In this document: positions 51,001 to 62,949 of the stretch, piece by piece
Layout of the letters: each line of letters opens with the position of its first letter
Numbering within the stretch: the stretch's first letter is position 1
Source: Gnetum montanum
Lineage: Eukaryota > Plantae > Gnetophyta
NCBI GenBank assembly: GCA_015680685.1
Contig: MNCI01002465.1
Location: 44,739 to 108,738, forward strand
Reading direction: 5' to 3'
DNA length: 64,000 nt
Notes under the pieces: generated by a model
The model's database searches: none
Seen by the model: only the letters and a program-made list of their open reading frames with translations
Told to the model about the DNA's origin: nothing
Program-made: the position numbers and the translations under genes

Positions 51001-53235
51001 TTTGTGTGTTTGATTATTTTGTTTGATTCGTCACTTAATAAGTGCTCCAAAGATGGTATGAACTATATTCCATTGATTGCTAATGTTTGGTTTTTACCTT
51101 TAAGTTATGATGTTGATACTAAGGTATGGTTCNNNNNNNNNNNNNNNNNNNNNNNNNNNNAAAAAAAAACAACATAGTGAGAATTCAAAGCACACCCCTT
51201 AGATAAAATAATAATTTGGGCTACAAGCATTGGTTATGGAAGTAAAATAAATATATTCCCTCTAACTAAGGCCCTTCTTGCTTCCTTCTCTCTCCTCTTT
51301 TATTTCGTTGGAATGGTAGTGGCTCTTTGGTGAAGGCATTCTTGTTATTTCAAGTAAATGGATGGGCTGAATGTATTAATGCGAAGTCACTGAATGTGGT
51401 TTGTTTGAGCCAGATTTGGAATGGGATTTACTAAGTCACATTAACCATTAATATACAAGGGGCTGTACATCACCTTGTTCTTGAGATTCCATTCCATTCT
51501 TTTCTTTTCATCCTTCTTTTTCCATTTATCACCTCATTGCTGGTTGTATCAGTAGTCTATATCTTGGTTGATGCATTGTTTTCATTTTGGTAAATTCTTA
51601 TGGTTAAGACTTTAACTATTGCTTCCAAATGACATTTCCAGAGCCCATGGACTCTTTGAATGTGGGAATGTTAGGGCATTAAGGGCATGAGCCTGCTTTG
51701 GGGAGGACCCATTGGCATTCCTCTTTGGTGCATCAGTTAATTTCTTTCCCTTAAAAATTTTCACGATCAATTTTCATTTTGTTCATTTCCATCTCCGACA
51801 TCCATTTCATTGACATTACAGTTGTCTCTTTTTGTCCATCTTTCTTAATCCTTATCTTTTTCCATTCTCTCGCTACCGGAAGTTCACGATTAGTCATGGG
51901 GGTCTTGGTCCAATTTTTTTGATTTTCTCCTAACCCCTACACCTTGGGTAGTCATCATTAGTATATCTCCAGAATCTGCATCAGCCATATCACAACTCAG
52001 CCAATGGACCTTACATTGAGGCAAGGTATCAACTGCATTATGATTCATTTACCCTTGCTAATATGCAACTGTGTTGTGTGTGTAGATGGCAATCATACAA
52101 CAACCGATTGGATCTGGAGGAAACACTTGGAATGGATCGATGCTGAAACAACTATACAAGGAACAAGATCGATGGTGCACTTACGGATAGACAACGAAAG
52201 GCACAATCTTGGTGTTGGCAGCAACAAACTTCTTTATCTCTCTCTCTCTCTCTCTCAGTTACCAAATAAGGCTGGATGTTAAATGTACATCGTGTTCACT
52301 ATTATTGTTATGAACACTAGTTTTGCCATGTATTGTAATGATGATCCATTCACATGTCACCCCATCTACCATTAGTGTCATTCAAGTCAATAATCCCATA
52401 CCTTCCCAATATTTTGTAAGGAACTCGAGGATGAGTTTTCATTCAATCATGAGGGTTGATGGGATGTGATATCGCATAGGCCGAAATATCACGTACATGA
52501 TATAGCAGCCCGTCACTAGTTCTATAAATAAGAGGTGGCTTTCCCTTGTTTCATCATCTAGATCTAGACCCTTAGCAAAACTCTGGCAGTTTTACCATTC
52601 CAGAGATAGAATAATTTCCATGTGCCTGCAGTAGGAGTCTTAAAGTGAATGGATCTTTATTTGAGCTAATTGTACCTGAGCATACATTTGTGTATGAAAA
52701 TAAATACAAACTTTCTGATAAACCCTGCAGTGCATGGACTAAGCTAATTAGGATTTAATTAATGTTAAATGCTTAAATTCTTTCTTAGATAATTAATCTC
52801 TCACAACCCTCAACTCCTAGTTAAGTGCATTCAGTACGAATGCTTCGAGCACATGTGCTACGCTTGGTAACCCAGTAACAAATAGTGTTTGGTAATTCCA
52901 GTAGTGTTGCACTAGTTCAGGGTGTGTACGGTAAGGGAACCGATACTGATGCTAGGACGATTAAATCTTAGTTAATGAAAGTTGGTTACTTAGTCTCTTC
53001 ACCCTTTCCTCTCTTAGCATAGGTGATAAAAAGATAAAAGTTATAAAAATCATATACCTCAGACTTACTTAACCATACAACCATGACAATACAAGTAAGT
53101 ATGGAAAGACAAAAATTGATTAACCTTAAGTGTTCCATAAGGCGCGTAAGCACTTAGTCCTTAAAGTTCGACTAGATCGTGCGTGTAACGCTCGTATTCA
53201 TATGGTTGAGTGTAGGGGTACCTTGCCACTCATCA
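48008..53235 (+). mobile_element. Athila-like element C (gag only, non-autonomous; 5' LTR truncated)
   Basis: LTRs ~48008-48601 (first ~185 bp missing) and 52457-53235. tRNA-Asp PBS TGGTGCCGTTGCTGGGGA at 48603-48620. CTCGAGGATGAG..CATGAGGG precedes the 3' LTR. Confidence 0.9.
48718..50940 (+). pseudogene. gag with N-terminal extension, element C
   Basis: KNIENEWKKLKLFPRTLIKEVESWYRSLELETIRRWSMMIELFNDKF and a decayed knuckle CEIFQYDHPKGCCP. The upstream ORF 48718-49427 is conserved in element B. Confidence 0.82.
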
Positions 53236-53831
53236 ATAACAAATTAACAAAATGATACTGAAGAAATCTTGTTGTCACCCTCATCATCACAAGAGAAAGT
53301 CCATAAACCCACTATAAAAGTTATAAAATTTCTTTACCTTGACAAATTGTTATTACACTTCTAAGATACATATAATATTGCTACAATAAAACCAAAAAAA
53401 TGAAAGAAATTTAAAGAAGATAAAGAAATATGTAGAAATAAAAGCAAAGGAGGGATGAAGTACAAATAAAAACTTGACTATTAAAGTATATAGTATGTAA
53501 GGCTCTACCAAGATTTCAAAGCAACACTACAACATGATACTTAGCTATGCTATAGTGAGGCTAGGACCGATTGAGAGAGTAGGTGGCTGATGAAAATGAC
53601 AATTGAAAGATGGATAAATAGCTATGTTGAAATGAGATTTAACTTTTAATTTTATTGGGTAGAAGCTCAAATTAATTTTGGGTCAAAATCTATGCGATGC
53701 ATCAATGGACCAATCATAGTTAGGTTTTATAAAATTATTTGATCATTAAATCTTTATCTAAAACATTTCCAAATGTAAAAATTCAAAGCAATTTAACTAC
53801 AGATTAAAAAAAATAGAGAAATATAATGATA

Positions 53832-56800
53832 TGTAACCACTCATTGTAGGATCCCATGGTGTCATGTTATGTTTATGTAGGTGTGACTAGATTCAATTGG
53901 GATCATGTAAGTGTGTGGTTAGTTGCATTACTTTAATCATATTTCATAATACTTGTTGATATTATGATTATGATTACTACCATTAATATACATAATTGTC
54001 TCACTAGATGTATAGTAGAATGCTTATGGCTTACAGGGTGTTAGGATGGTGGGGAAAGGCTAAACATGAGGTAATTATGATCTTGATTTACTTACCATAA
54101 TTATGAATTTATCATTTTTATGACAATGTTGCTTGATGTATCATGTGATGTGATTATGAGTTAGTTTTATTTAATGGATCATGATATGAGATTATGATGA
54201 GTAGCATGTTGTACATGTTCGGGTCCTATGCCTGGTTGATCTATGTTATGATGCAAATATGATTTATGAATCTACTATAGATGAGCTATGATGCTCATAA
54301 GCTTTATCAGTATTTTCTTTAGATGTCTTGTGAGAGGGCTATGAAGAGTGCACCCCTTGGTAAAATATTAGGAATTGGAAACCAAGAATAAAAGTTAAGT
54401 TATTTTTCTTATATAATAAAATATAGTTCATTTTTTATTTCTCCTCTTCCAGTTGTGCATTTTAAGTTTCTTTTGGATTTCTTCTTCTTCTCAAATTCCA
54501 CCATTTCTTAGCTAATTTATATGATTTCTAGTATATTGGAGAGTTGATGCTAGGTAGGCTATAATATGGGATATTGGGTTTGAGTTTTGGAGGATCTAGT
54601 ACTTCATTGGGAGAATTTTGGTATTTTGGTATTTGTTTCTCAAGCTTTAACAAGTTTTGAATTTGAAATGGATGTCTTTACTTGTCCCTTGTTTTTGGTA
54701 TTTTGATTTTTATGCATGGTCATGGGATGAGTGATAGAAAATAGACATCATGTGATGTTTTGGCTCTAATATATTGAGATTTTCATGCTTCTATGATGCT
54801 TTCTAGGATATGTCTATTATGGTGTATAGATTTATATCTTGGATTATGATTAATTAATATTATGGTATCCCTAGAGGTGGTAGAGACTAATTGCTACTCT
54901 TATAGGGAAAAGATGAAATATTTTATGGCTTGTGATTATGCATGGTTGCAAGTTTGGATTTTATGGGTGTTGATTTTATCCACTAATGTTTTTTTTCTTT
55001 GCAACAGTGAGTAGTAGATAGGTCATGGTCATGATCAAGTCACGTTAGGGCTTTGTGCATGGCATGGATCATGATGAAGTTGTTGTAGGATCACAATTCA
55101 TTTTCTATTTTAAATAAAATTGGAGTATTAGCCATGCTTAGTGACAAGGCCACCCCAACAGGAATGTAACTTAAGAACTATTTAGGGTGTGGGCTCGTCA
55201 TGAGTTATGACAAATAAAAACTTAGTTTATAAGGAGTGATGTGAGGTTGGTAAGGCATAATGCAATTTTGACCTGTAGAAGGTTTCAAGCATGAGTGAGT
55301 CATGATTCATAGTGAAGTTCACAGTTGAGGTACTTATGAATACATTCTTTCACAAAAGTATGAATATTATTGAAATTTCATTGTATATCATCTATGATTT
55401 ATGAAACATAATATATGATGGCAATGTGTATGCTTGGAATTGATGTATGTTGGTATATTAAATTAATGCTTGTAGCATTAGGTGCTTATGATCATAGAAC
55501 ATTAGCTATGTGATTTGTGTATATGTGATGTATGTTATGTTCATAATCTCTACAATTTATAATGCCTCAAATAGCACTAGGTGCCTAGGATCTTTGATTG
55601 GTTTGAGGTGTTATGATCATGATAATGATGATATGAGTATGCTAGTAATATATGAGTTTTCCATGTTAGAGTTCTTGTATGATATATGCATTACTTATGT
55701 TAATTTATGTGTGTATGAGACTCATGCTTATTATTGGGTTAGTATGACATATTTATCACTAGTTTCTTATAGCCATTGGCTAGATTGTTATGTGATACAT
55801 CATGTATTGATGTATCAATAATATGCGTTGTGATACATGTGTGATGGGATTAATAACACTTGAATGCATTATTGATGTTTATGAGACACTTGGTTATGCA
55901 TTGATAAGATGATAAATGTTATGATTATGATTAAAGATGGTGCATGTAGCCTAGGTTGTTGTAGCCATTGCCTTGGATTTATGATTTGTGATCCATGAAA
56001 TATTGATGTACTTTGGTTATGATATGATATGTTGTGGTGGAGTTGACATAAGGATGTGGATCAATTGGTGATGAGACATCTTAGAGGAGTTGGGATGATC
56101 CCCACTGGGATGCATTAGAGAGGCTCCTATCTCATACTTCAATCTAAGATCAAAAGAGTATAGGCATAACCTATGATTGGGATGAGATCTGAGGACATAT
56201 TAACATGCATGGATCTATCCTTGAGAAGGTTAGTGGCCTAGGAATGTACATTAAAAAATAGGCACTAGAACCAATAGTGATATAAGTAATGGAAAATTAA
56301 TAAAAGACCTGTAGGTACTTGTTGATTGAGTACTCATGTCAATGGTATCATGCTTTACATGGAGTATGGATGTGCTAGTTGCTATGTGTGATGAGATCCC
56401 TTTGTAGACTAGTTTTAGGGAAATGTTCTATGAATTGTATATTACACTTGAATTGTGTGCTTATGTATGTTACATGTGATGATATGTGCATGTATTGGTA
56501 GTGTCTTGAAGCACAAGATGTTAGGGAAACATGTTGTATCTTAATATGTTTATGTATATGTGTGGAAGAATCCTTAGTGCACTAGTTGCTAAGTAATGTG
56601 CTATGAATTATATGTTACACTTGGATTATGTGCTTGTGTGTGTTACATGCGATGATATGTTATGTGCATGTATTGATAGTTCCTTGGAGTACAAGATGCC
56701 AAGAAAACATGTTGTATGTTACTGTGTTTTCATATATGCATAAAGAACCCTTGGAGCATAGTTGCTAGGGATTATACTGTGAACTATATGTTAAACCTGG

Positions 56801-57846
56801 ATTATGTACTTGTGTGTGTTATATGTGCTACTATGTTATGTGCATGCATTGGTAATTCCTTGGAGCATAGGATGTTAGAAAAACATGTTATATATTACTA
56901 TGTGTTTTTATATATGTGGAAGAACCCTTGGAACATTGGATGTCAAGGTAATGTGTCATGTATAATATTTTGTAACTCCTTAGAGCACGAGATGCTAGTA
57001 GCGTATGTTGGTATGATTTAGATGTTTGAATCTTATATGTGCATGATAGATGAGTTCTGGTATGGTGTTGTGACATGCTTGGTGTGTTTCTTATGTATTG
57101 ATCATTAGTGAATTTGGATTATGATAGAGTCTAATGGTTTGAGATTATAATATGAGGTGTATGATGTATAAGCTATGGTTGATATGGCTTGGTGGATTGT
57201 AACTATATGATATTCTCATTATGCATGAGACATACTGACCTTGATGAGGGTTGCTCTAAGTACCCCATACCTCATTTTTAGCATAACATCATGCTTCTCA
57301 TCTACAAAGGATATGTAAGGACTTCTACTTAGTTACATATTGATGCCCTATAAATGTAGGTGATGGAGCTAGAAACTTAAGAGGCCATTAGACTCAAGGA
57401 AGATGTTGGGGGTCTTGGATATATGTCCTTATGGTTTTTGTTATAGGTTTACATGAGAGAGATGGACAGGCTAATGGCATAGGCTAGATGGTTTGTGAGC
57501 TATGGCTTTCTATATAGTGTATATGTAATGCATGTAGTAATAGGACATGTATTAGACATATAGACTAATATGTTATGTCATTATGGGCTTGTGGTATATG
57601 TTTCTAAGTATATGTATGTATGACATTTTTTGGATTTGTATTTCACTATTGGATGATGCTCATGTATATGCTAGTTGTGTATCTTGCATGGTTAGCTTAT
57701 TTACACTTGAGATTTTATGAAGTGATTTTGGTTTTCTATTGTGCTGTAAAATTTGTCTATATGTTCTAGTGATTTGTTTCCTTGTCATGAATTAGCATAC
57801 AATTCAAACTAAAGCTAGGCTTGGGATAGACGTGTAGGCTATTACA
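53832..57846. mobile_element. 4-kb solo LTR (TGTAAC...TTACA, Tekay/Del-like gypsy termini)
   Basis: Perfect TSD TGATA (53827-53831 / 57847-57851); no recognisable coding motifs inside. Confidence 0.85.
56405..56960. repeat. ~175-bp tandem repeat (about 3 copies) inside the solo LTR
   Basis: TGAAYT.TAT.TTA.AC.TG.ATT recurs at 56431, 56604 and 56780. Confidence 0.85.
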
Positions 57847-59189
57847 TGATAGCTCAAGTATGATTCAAATTGATAATTCTTACTTGAAACTCCTTGTTAG
57901 ATAATGAGCTAACCAATTTAGCCACATCTCACAACCAATTTCTAATAAATAGGTCTAAGCTCCACATAATTATATACAAAAAATATATAAAATAATAATG
58001 AGATGTTAGCATAGTGATAAGATTCTTGGTTTGAAAGCTTCATGTTTAATTCTAGTGGGCAATGTTGAGCTACAATGTTAATTTAAGTATATGTTTTTAC
58101 AGTAAATAGTTTTTAAAAAAGTTTCAAATTCCAACATCCCCTCCCTCTCTTCCTTGAAAATAAAATACATAAAATATCAAAATATCACATGTTCCAAAAC
58201 ACCATACAAAAGCATCATCATAAAAATCATCATTATTAATAGTATGGAACTCATATCCAATCAACCTATCCAAAATAAATCAAATGAATAAACACAAAAA
58301 ATAAAATATTCATTAACTTTAAAAGAAAATCATCATGAAGCATAATTAACAAAAAGCGTCATTACTAATTCACATGTCATACATAATAATCACAAGAAAA
58401 CATAAAAACTAAACCTCATCGGAATATCAAAATCATAAGTTTAAACCTTACGCAAAGTAAAGATGTACCACTTAACTAAAGCATAGTGATTTTAAATATC
58501 ATACATGAGCTATATAAAATATCAAACTATACCAAAATACCAAAATATTCACCAATGATATGAAAAGCTATTAAAAGAACCATTAATTATAAAATATCTA
58601 TTCAACCAAGGCTAAACTAAATATAGTGATCTCAATTTTTACAAGCAATGAAATATCTTATAAGCCATCAAACTATATTAAACATATCGTAAAACTTTTT
58701 ATTTGGAAGTTCCAAGTTATGCATTCAATGCTAGTGGGTAATGCTAAGTTATAAAGTTGTAATTTGAATATATATCATGATGGTAAATATTGTCTAAAAT
58801 TGTTTAAAAAAATTTTAGGTTCTCACACCTCTACTTTTCCTTTTTGTCCTCCAAAAGCTATGTTAATACTATATATATCAAAATTTATTTCACTAAAGCT
58901 ACAACATAATTCTATTTTTTTCTATTTTATTAACAAAAGTTAGAAATTCAAAACATACGTTATTAGAGTTTTGTTTTACTCATTGGTAACTCTAATTTCC
59001 TAAGATGATATTGATAGGTTTCTCAAGTGATTATTTCATTATCTTATTAGGTATGAGGTTGCTAGTTCAAGTCATACTTGAGGTGTTAGTTATATTCATG
59101 TATAAGTGTTTTTTTTGATGGAAAATTGATAATTAGAATGATATGGCTAGAAAAAAAAATTTAAGCTAGTGTGCATAGGATGCTTGCAT

Positions 59190-59248
59190 TAGGATTTGAA
59201 CCTTGCACTTTTGATTACAAGGCAATGTGAGTTAATCGAATAGCTAGC
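59190..59248 (-). mobile_element. tRNA-like SINE head fragment
   Basis: The reverse strand TAGCTATTCGATTAA...CTTGTAATC...GGTTCAAATCC has A- and B-box-like spacing. Confidence 0.4.
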
Positions 59249-60298
59249 AACCTATGCTAATTCCTCTATAAATTTTATAATGTATCTTATAAATTATCTT
59301 GGGTTTTAGCACCCATTAACTATAATTAGTAAGAATTAATATAATATAGTATTCTTTAATTATTGAAACATAATCATTCAAAAACCTTAACAATTAATTG
59401 TAGATTTTTTAGTCTCTTCTTAACATTAATTTTTTTACAAGAATTTTCCCTATTGGTTATATGTGTAAAACTAAGTTTCTTAAAATTTGTAATCATGTTT
59501 ACACTTGTTATAAACTTGGTTATTCTCAAACTTAATAGATTTATTTGGATTACTCCATCTTTCATAGTTGTATTTTAGTGGATATTCTTTGTTCACACCT
59601 TTTTGTAATTAGTGTCTCCTTTTCAAATACATTACAACATACATCTTCAACTTAAACTTTCTTTGGATCTTTTGTCCTCTTTAAGAATTGGGCCTATTAC
59701 CTACTTTCTTAGGAACTTATTGATATCATTAGAGTCCAATGCATCCACCTACAAGAAGATAAAAGTTTAAAAGTAAAATTAGATTTATTTTTTTGAGTTG
59801 ATTAATCGATGTAAATTTTTTTATTTTAACTTATCATTGTTTTGCATAAATTACTATTTTATTTTCACAATGGAGAATGACTTCTTAAATTTCCCAAGTA
59901 GGATGCTAATAATTTTCTATAAATTGTAAGGCCATGTATGAATGTAATGATAAGTTTTTCAACAATAAAGTTCTTGATACAAATTGTCCAAAAATTACTT
60001 AGCTTTTCTAACTATTCATATTTCATGAAGATCTTGTTCTCATATCATTAGAAATTTACATTATCATCAAAATTGTTTATAGCATTATTTCTTCTGTCAA
60101 CCTGAACATTTCCTCTATTCTTCATTTAGCTTCAACAAGTTTTGCAAGCCATCAAGTTCTTTTATCAATAGTTGAAACTCATTTGTTTCAGGCATTTTTC
60201 ATTAAGGTCTTCTAGTTTAGAAACTCAAAGATGTCCTTCAAGTTTCATTTGATCAATCATGGATATTAAGAAAGAATCACTAAGTTCTTTATTCCAAA

Positions 60299-62888
60299 TG
60301 TTAGAGCATTCCAAGGTAAACCCACACACATAAGTTTCATAAAAAATTGATCATTCAAATTCAAGATATTGGCAAAATTTGCTTTCACCATGACTTATGG
60401 TCTTGTCATGGTATTGCAAGTTTCCTAAACCATAAGATCACCATGACTCATGGTACTGTGGTTTTCTATAATTCATAAACCATGACTTTTGGTTCAGTTG
60501 TTGATCAAGTATCATGACTTCACCATGATTCATGATTAACTCATGGTTATCTTAGAATTATAATTGCAACTCATGATTGCCTCGAGGATTAATATTAAAA
60601 ATAAGATAAATTCATCATGACTTGTGTTGCACTCATGATCTACCACCATTACTCATGATGTACTCATGATTGACTACTGTGAATTGTGGTATTTAATAAT
60701 TTAAAATTTTGGTCATTGCTCATCACCATGACTTATGGTCCATTCATGGAATCCTTAGAAATTAAATCTATGTATTTCTATCATTACCACAACTTATGTT
60801 GTAATACCATGACTTTTGGTATTATAAACTATGATTTGTGGTTTGATCATGGTTAAATTCTGGTCAACAAAAGTCAAGAATTTTGAGAAAAAATTATTCC
60901 ATACATTCCATAAAATTAGTATTAGAGCTAGTCAATATGAGCTACAATAAGAAAATAGTCAAATGTACCATCATCTTCAATGGAATACGCTATTTTATTC
61001 TTTGGAAGGAAATGATGAAAAAAAATTTGCAAGTAAATGATATATGAGATGTAATAGAGCCTACTAAAGCCTCTATTAAAATCATTTTGAAAGAGAAAAA
61101 TAAAGACAAAGAAGATATTCTAATTCAAAAACTCTTAGAAGAAGAAAAATAAAAGAAAAAAAGGACTCACATGCTAACATGATTATAATTTTTAATGTGT
61201 TAGAAAAGATAACTGGAAGATTGTGCTCATTGAAGACTACCAAAGAAGTATATTAAAGATTATGGTTAGACTATCTTATCAACATTGAAAATTAACATAT
61301 GAAGGAACTGATATATAGAATCCAATGTAATAAATTAGAAATCATGAGGAATAAAGATATTAAAGAGCCTTCTTTTGCAAGAATGTATACTAGCATTAAA
61401 AATATTGATGAATTTGGATGTGACTTCACTCAACATTAAAAAATGCACAAATTTATAGTAGCCTTTTATAATAATTCTAGATATCAAAATATGATGATGA
61501 ATTTTCTACAAAACAAAGAATTCAAACAACTTACCATTAATGACTTAGTTGCCTAGATTAGAACATTAGAAAGTCTATGAATGGACAAACATGATAAAGA
61601 GCAAGTCTTCATAGGCATTAGAGGAAGAGAAGGATACAACAAAGGAAGAGGAAGCAGAAGATTTAATAGAAGTTATTTACAAGACCAAAGCAATTCAGAC
61701 ATGATAGAAATTCTACAAAAATAAAATAGAGGTAGAGGTTTCACAAGAGGAAGATGGAATTTACAGGAACAAAGAAATACATAAATACCTTCATGTAAAC
61801 TTTGTAACAAAAGAGGCCACATCATAGAAACATGCTAGCAAAACAATGGTCTTGAAGCTTTACAACTCCAAGACAATAATCAAGAAGAAGGCACAACATC
61901 AAATCAAGAAAAAAACCAAGGTAAGATTAAAGCTCTCAATTTTAGAAATTTAATTAAGTAAGAATTTTGGATAATAGATAGTGGATGTTCTAATAACATG
62001 ACACCATACAAGTCTTATCTTCTACAATACAAATCAAGTAAGATCAACAACATAAAAATAGGAGATAGTAAACATCTCAATATGTAAGGAGTCAGAAATT
62101 AAATTATCAAACTACTTAATGACAAAGTTATAGCCATCACTAATGTCTACTATGTACTAAATATTTTAAATCCTCTTATCTTAGTAGGATAAATGACCAA
62201 GAAAGGAATACAAAGTAGCTTAAAAAATGATTTGTGCTTCATCAAAAGCCAAAATAAAGAAGAAATAATTAGAATAGAAGCCTATAGTTATAAAATATAC
62301 AACATAGAATGTAATCAATTAAAGATGAAAGGAAACCTCATACATGACTATAACCAAGATAGTCTAGATCAGAATTTCAAAAAAGAAAAAAAAAGAAAAA
62401 AGAAAAAGAAAAAGAAAAAAAAAACTCATAAAGACCCATATTAAAGCACCTTAGAGAACCAAATAGTAAATGAAGAAGAAGCTAAAATTTGAGAAAAAAA
62501 TTGAGGCATACCTCATACAAAAATTTGGAGAAAATGTCAAAACTGAAAAAGTAATAGGAATTTCAATCAAAAGATACTTCCAAAGAAAAATGTGAGATTT
62601 GCATTCAAGAAAAACAGATCATCAATCCTAATACTACTACTATGCAAAGAAAAAAAAAGAAAAAAAAAAACAAAAAATGTTAAAGAAACAAATGAAAACT
62701 CTCTTGATCTTCTTCACATGGATCTCATTGGACAAATATCTATCACCTTAATAGGAGGAGCTAATTATACTCTTGTCATGGTAGGTGGTTATTCAAAAAA
62801 TACTTGAACATACAACATGAAAATAAGCATGAGGTAATAATCAAATTCAAAGACATCTACACCATTATGAAAAATACAATGGACCTAT
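60299..62888 (+). mobile_element. Decayed Ty1/copia element F (5' LTR, PBS, gag-PR-INT start), interrupted on the right
   Basis: Candidate LTR TGTTAG at 60299 to about 60912 with a CATGA array. PBS-like TAGTATTAGAGC at 60917-60928. CKLCNKRGHIIETC at 61794, WIIDSGCSNNMT at 61968, and LDLLHMDLIGQI at about 62703. Confidence 0.85.
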
Positions 62889-62949
62889 TGAGAAAGTCAA
62901 AATTTCATCTATTGTGATATCGTATGTACAATATCATAGCAATGGTGTT

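Noticed and set aside
59580-60298. Decayed hAT-like transposase C-terminus on the - strand
   Set aside because: Only a weak SFS.VKIK-like match amid many stops; it cannot be supported without an HMM search.
60385-60850. CRISPR-like or satellite array
   Set aside because: Irregularly spaced short CATGA motifs inside a copia LTR in eukaryotic DNA, with no constant repeat/spacer structure.
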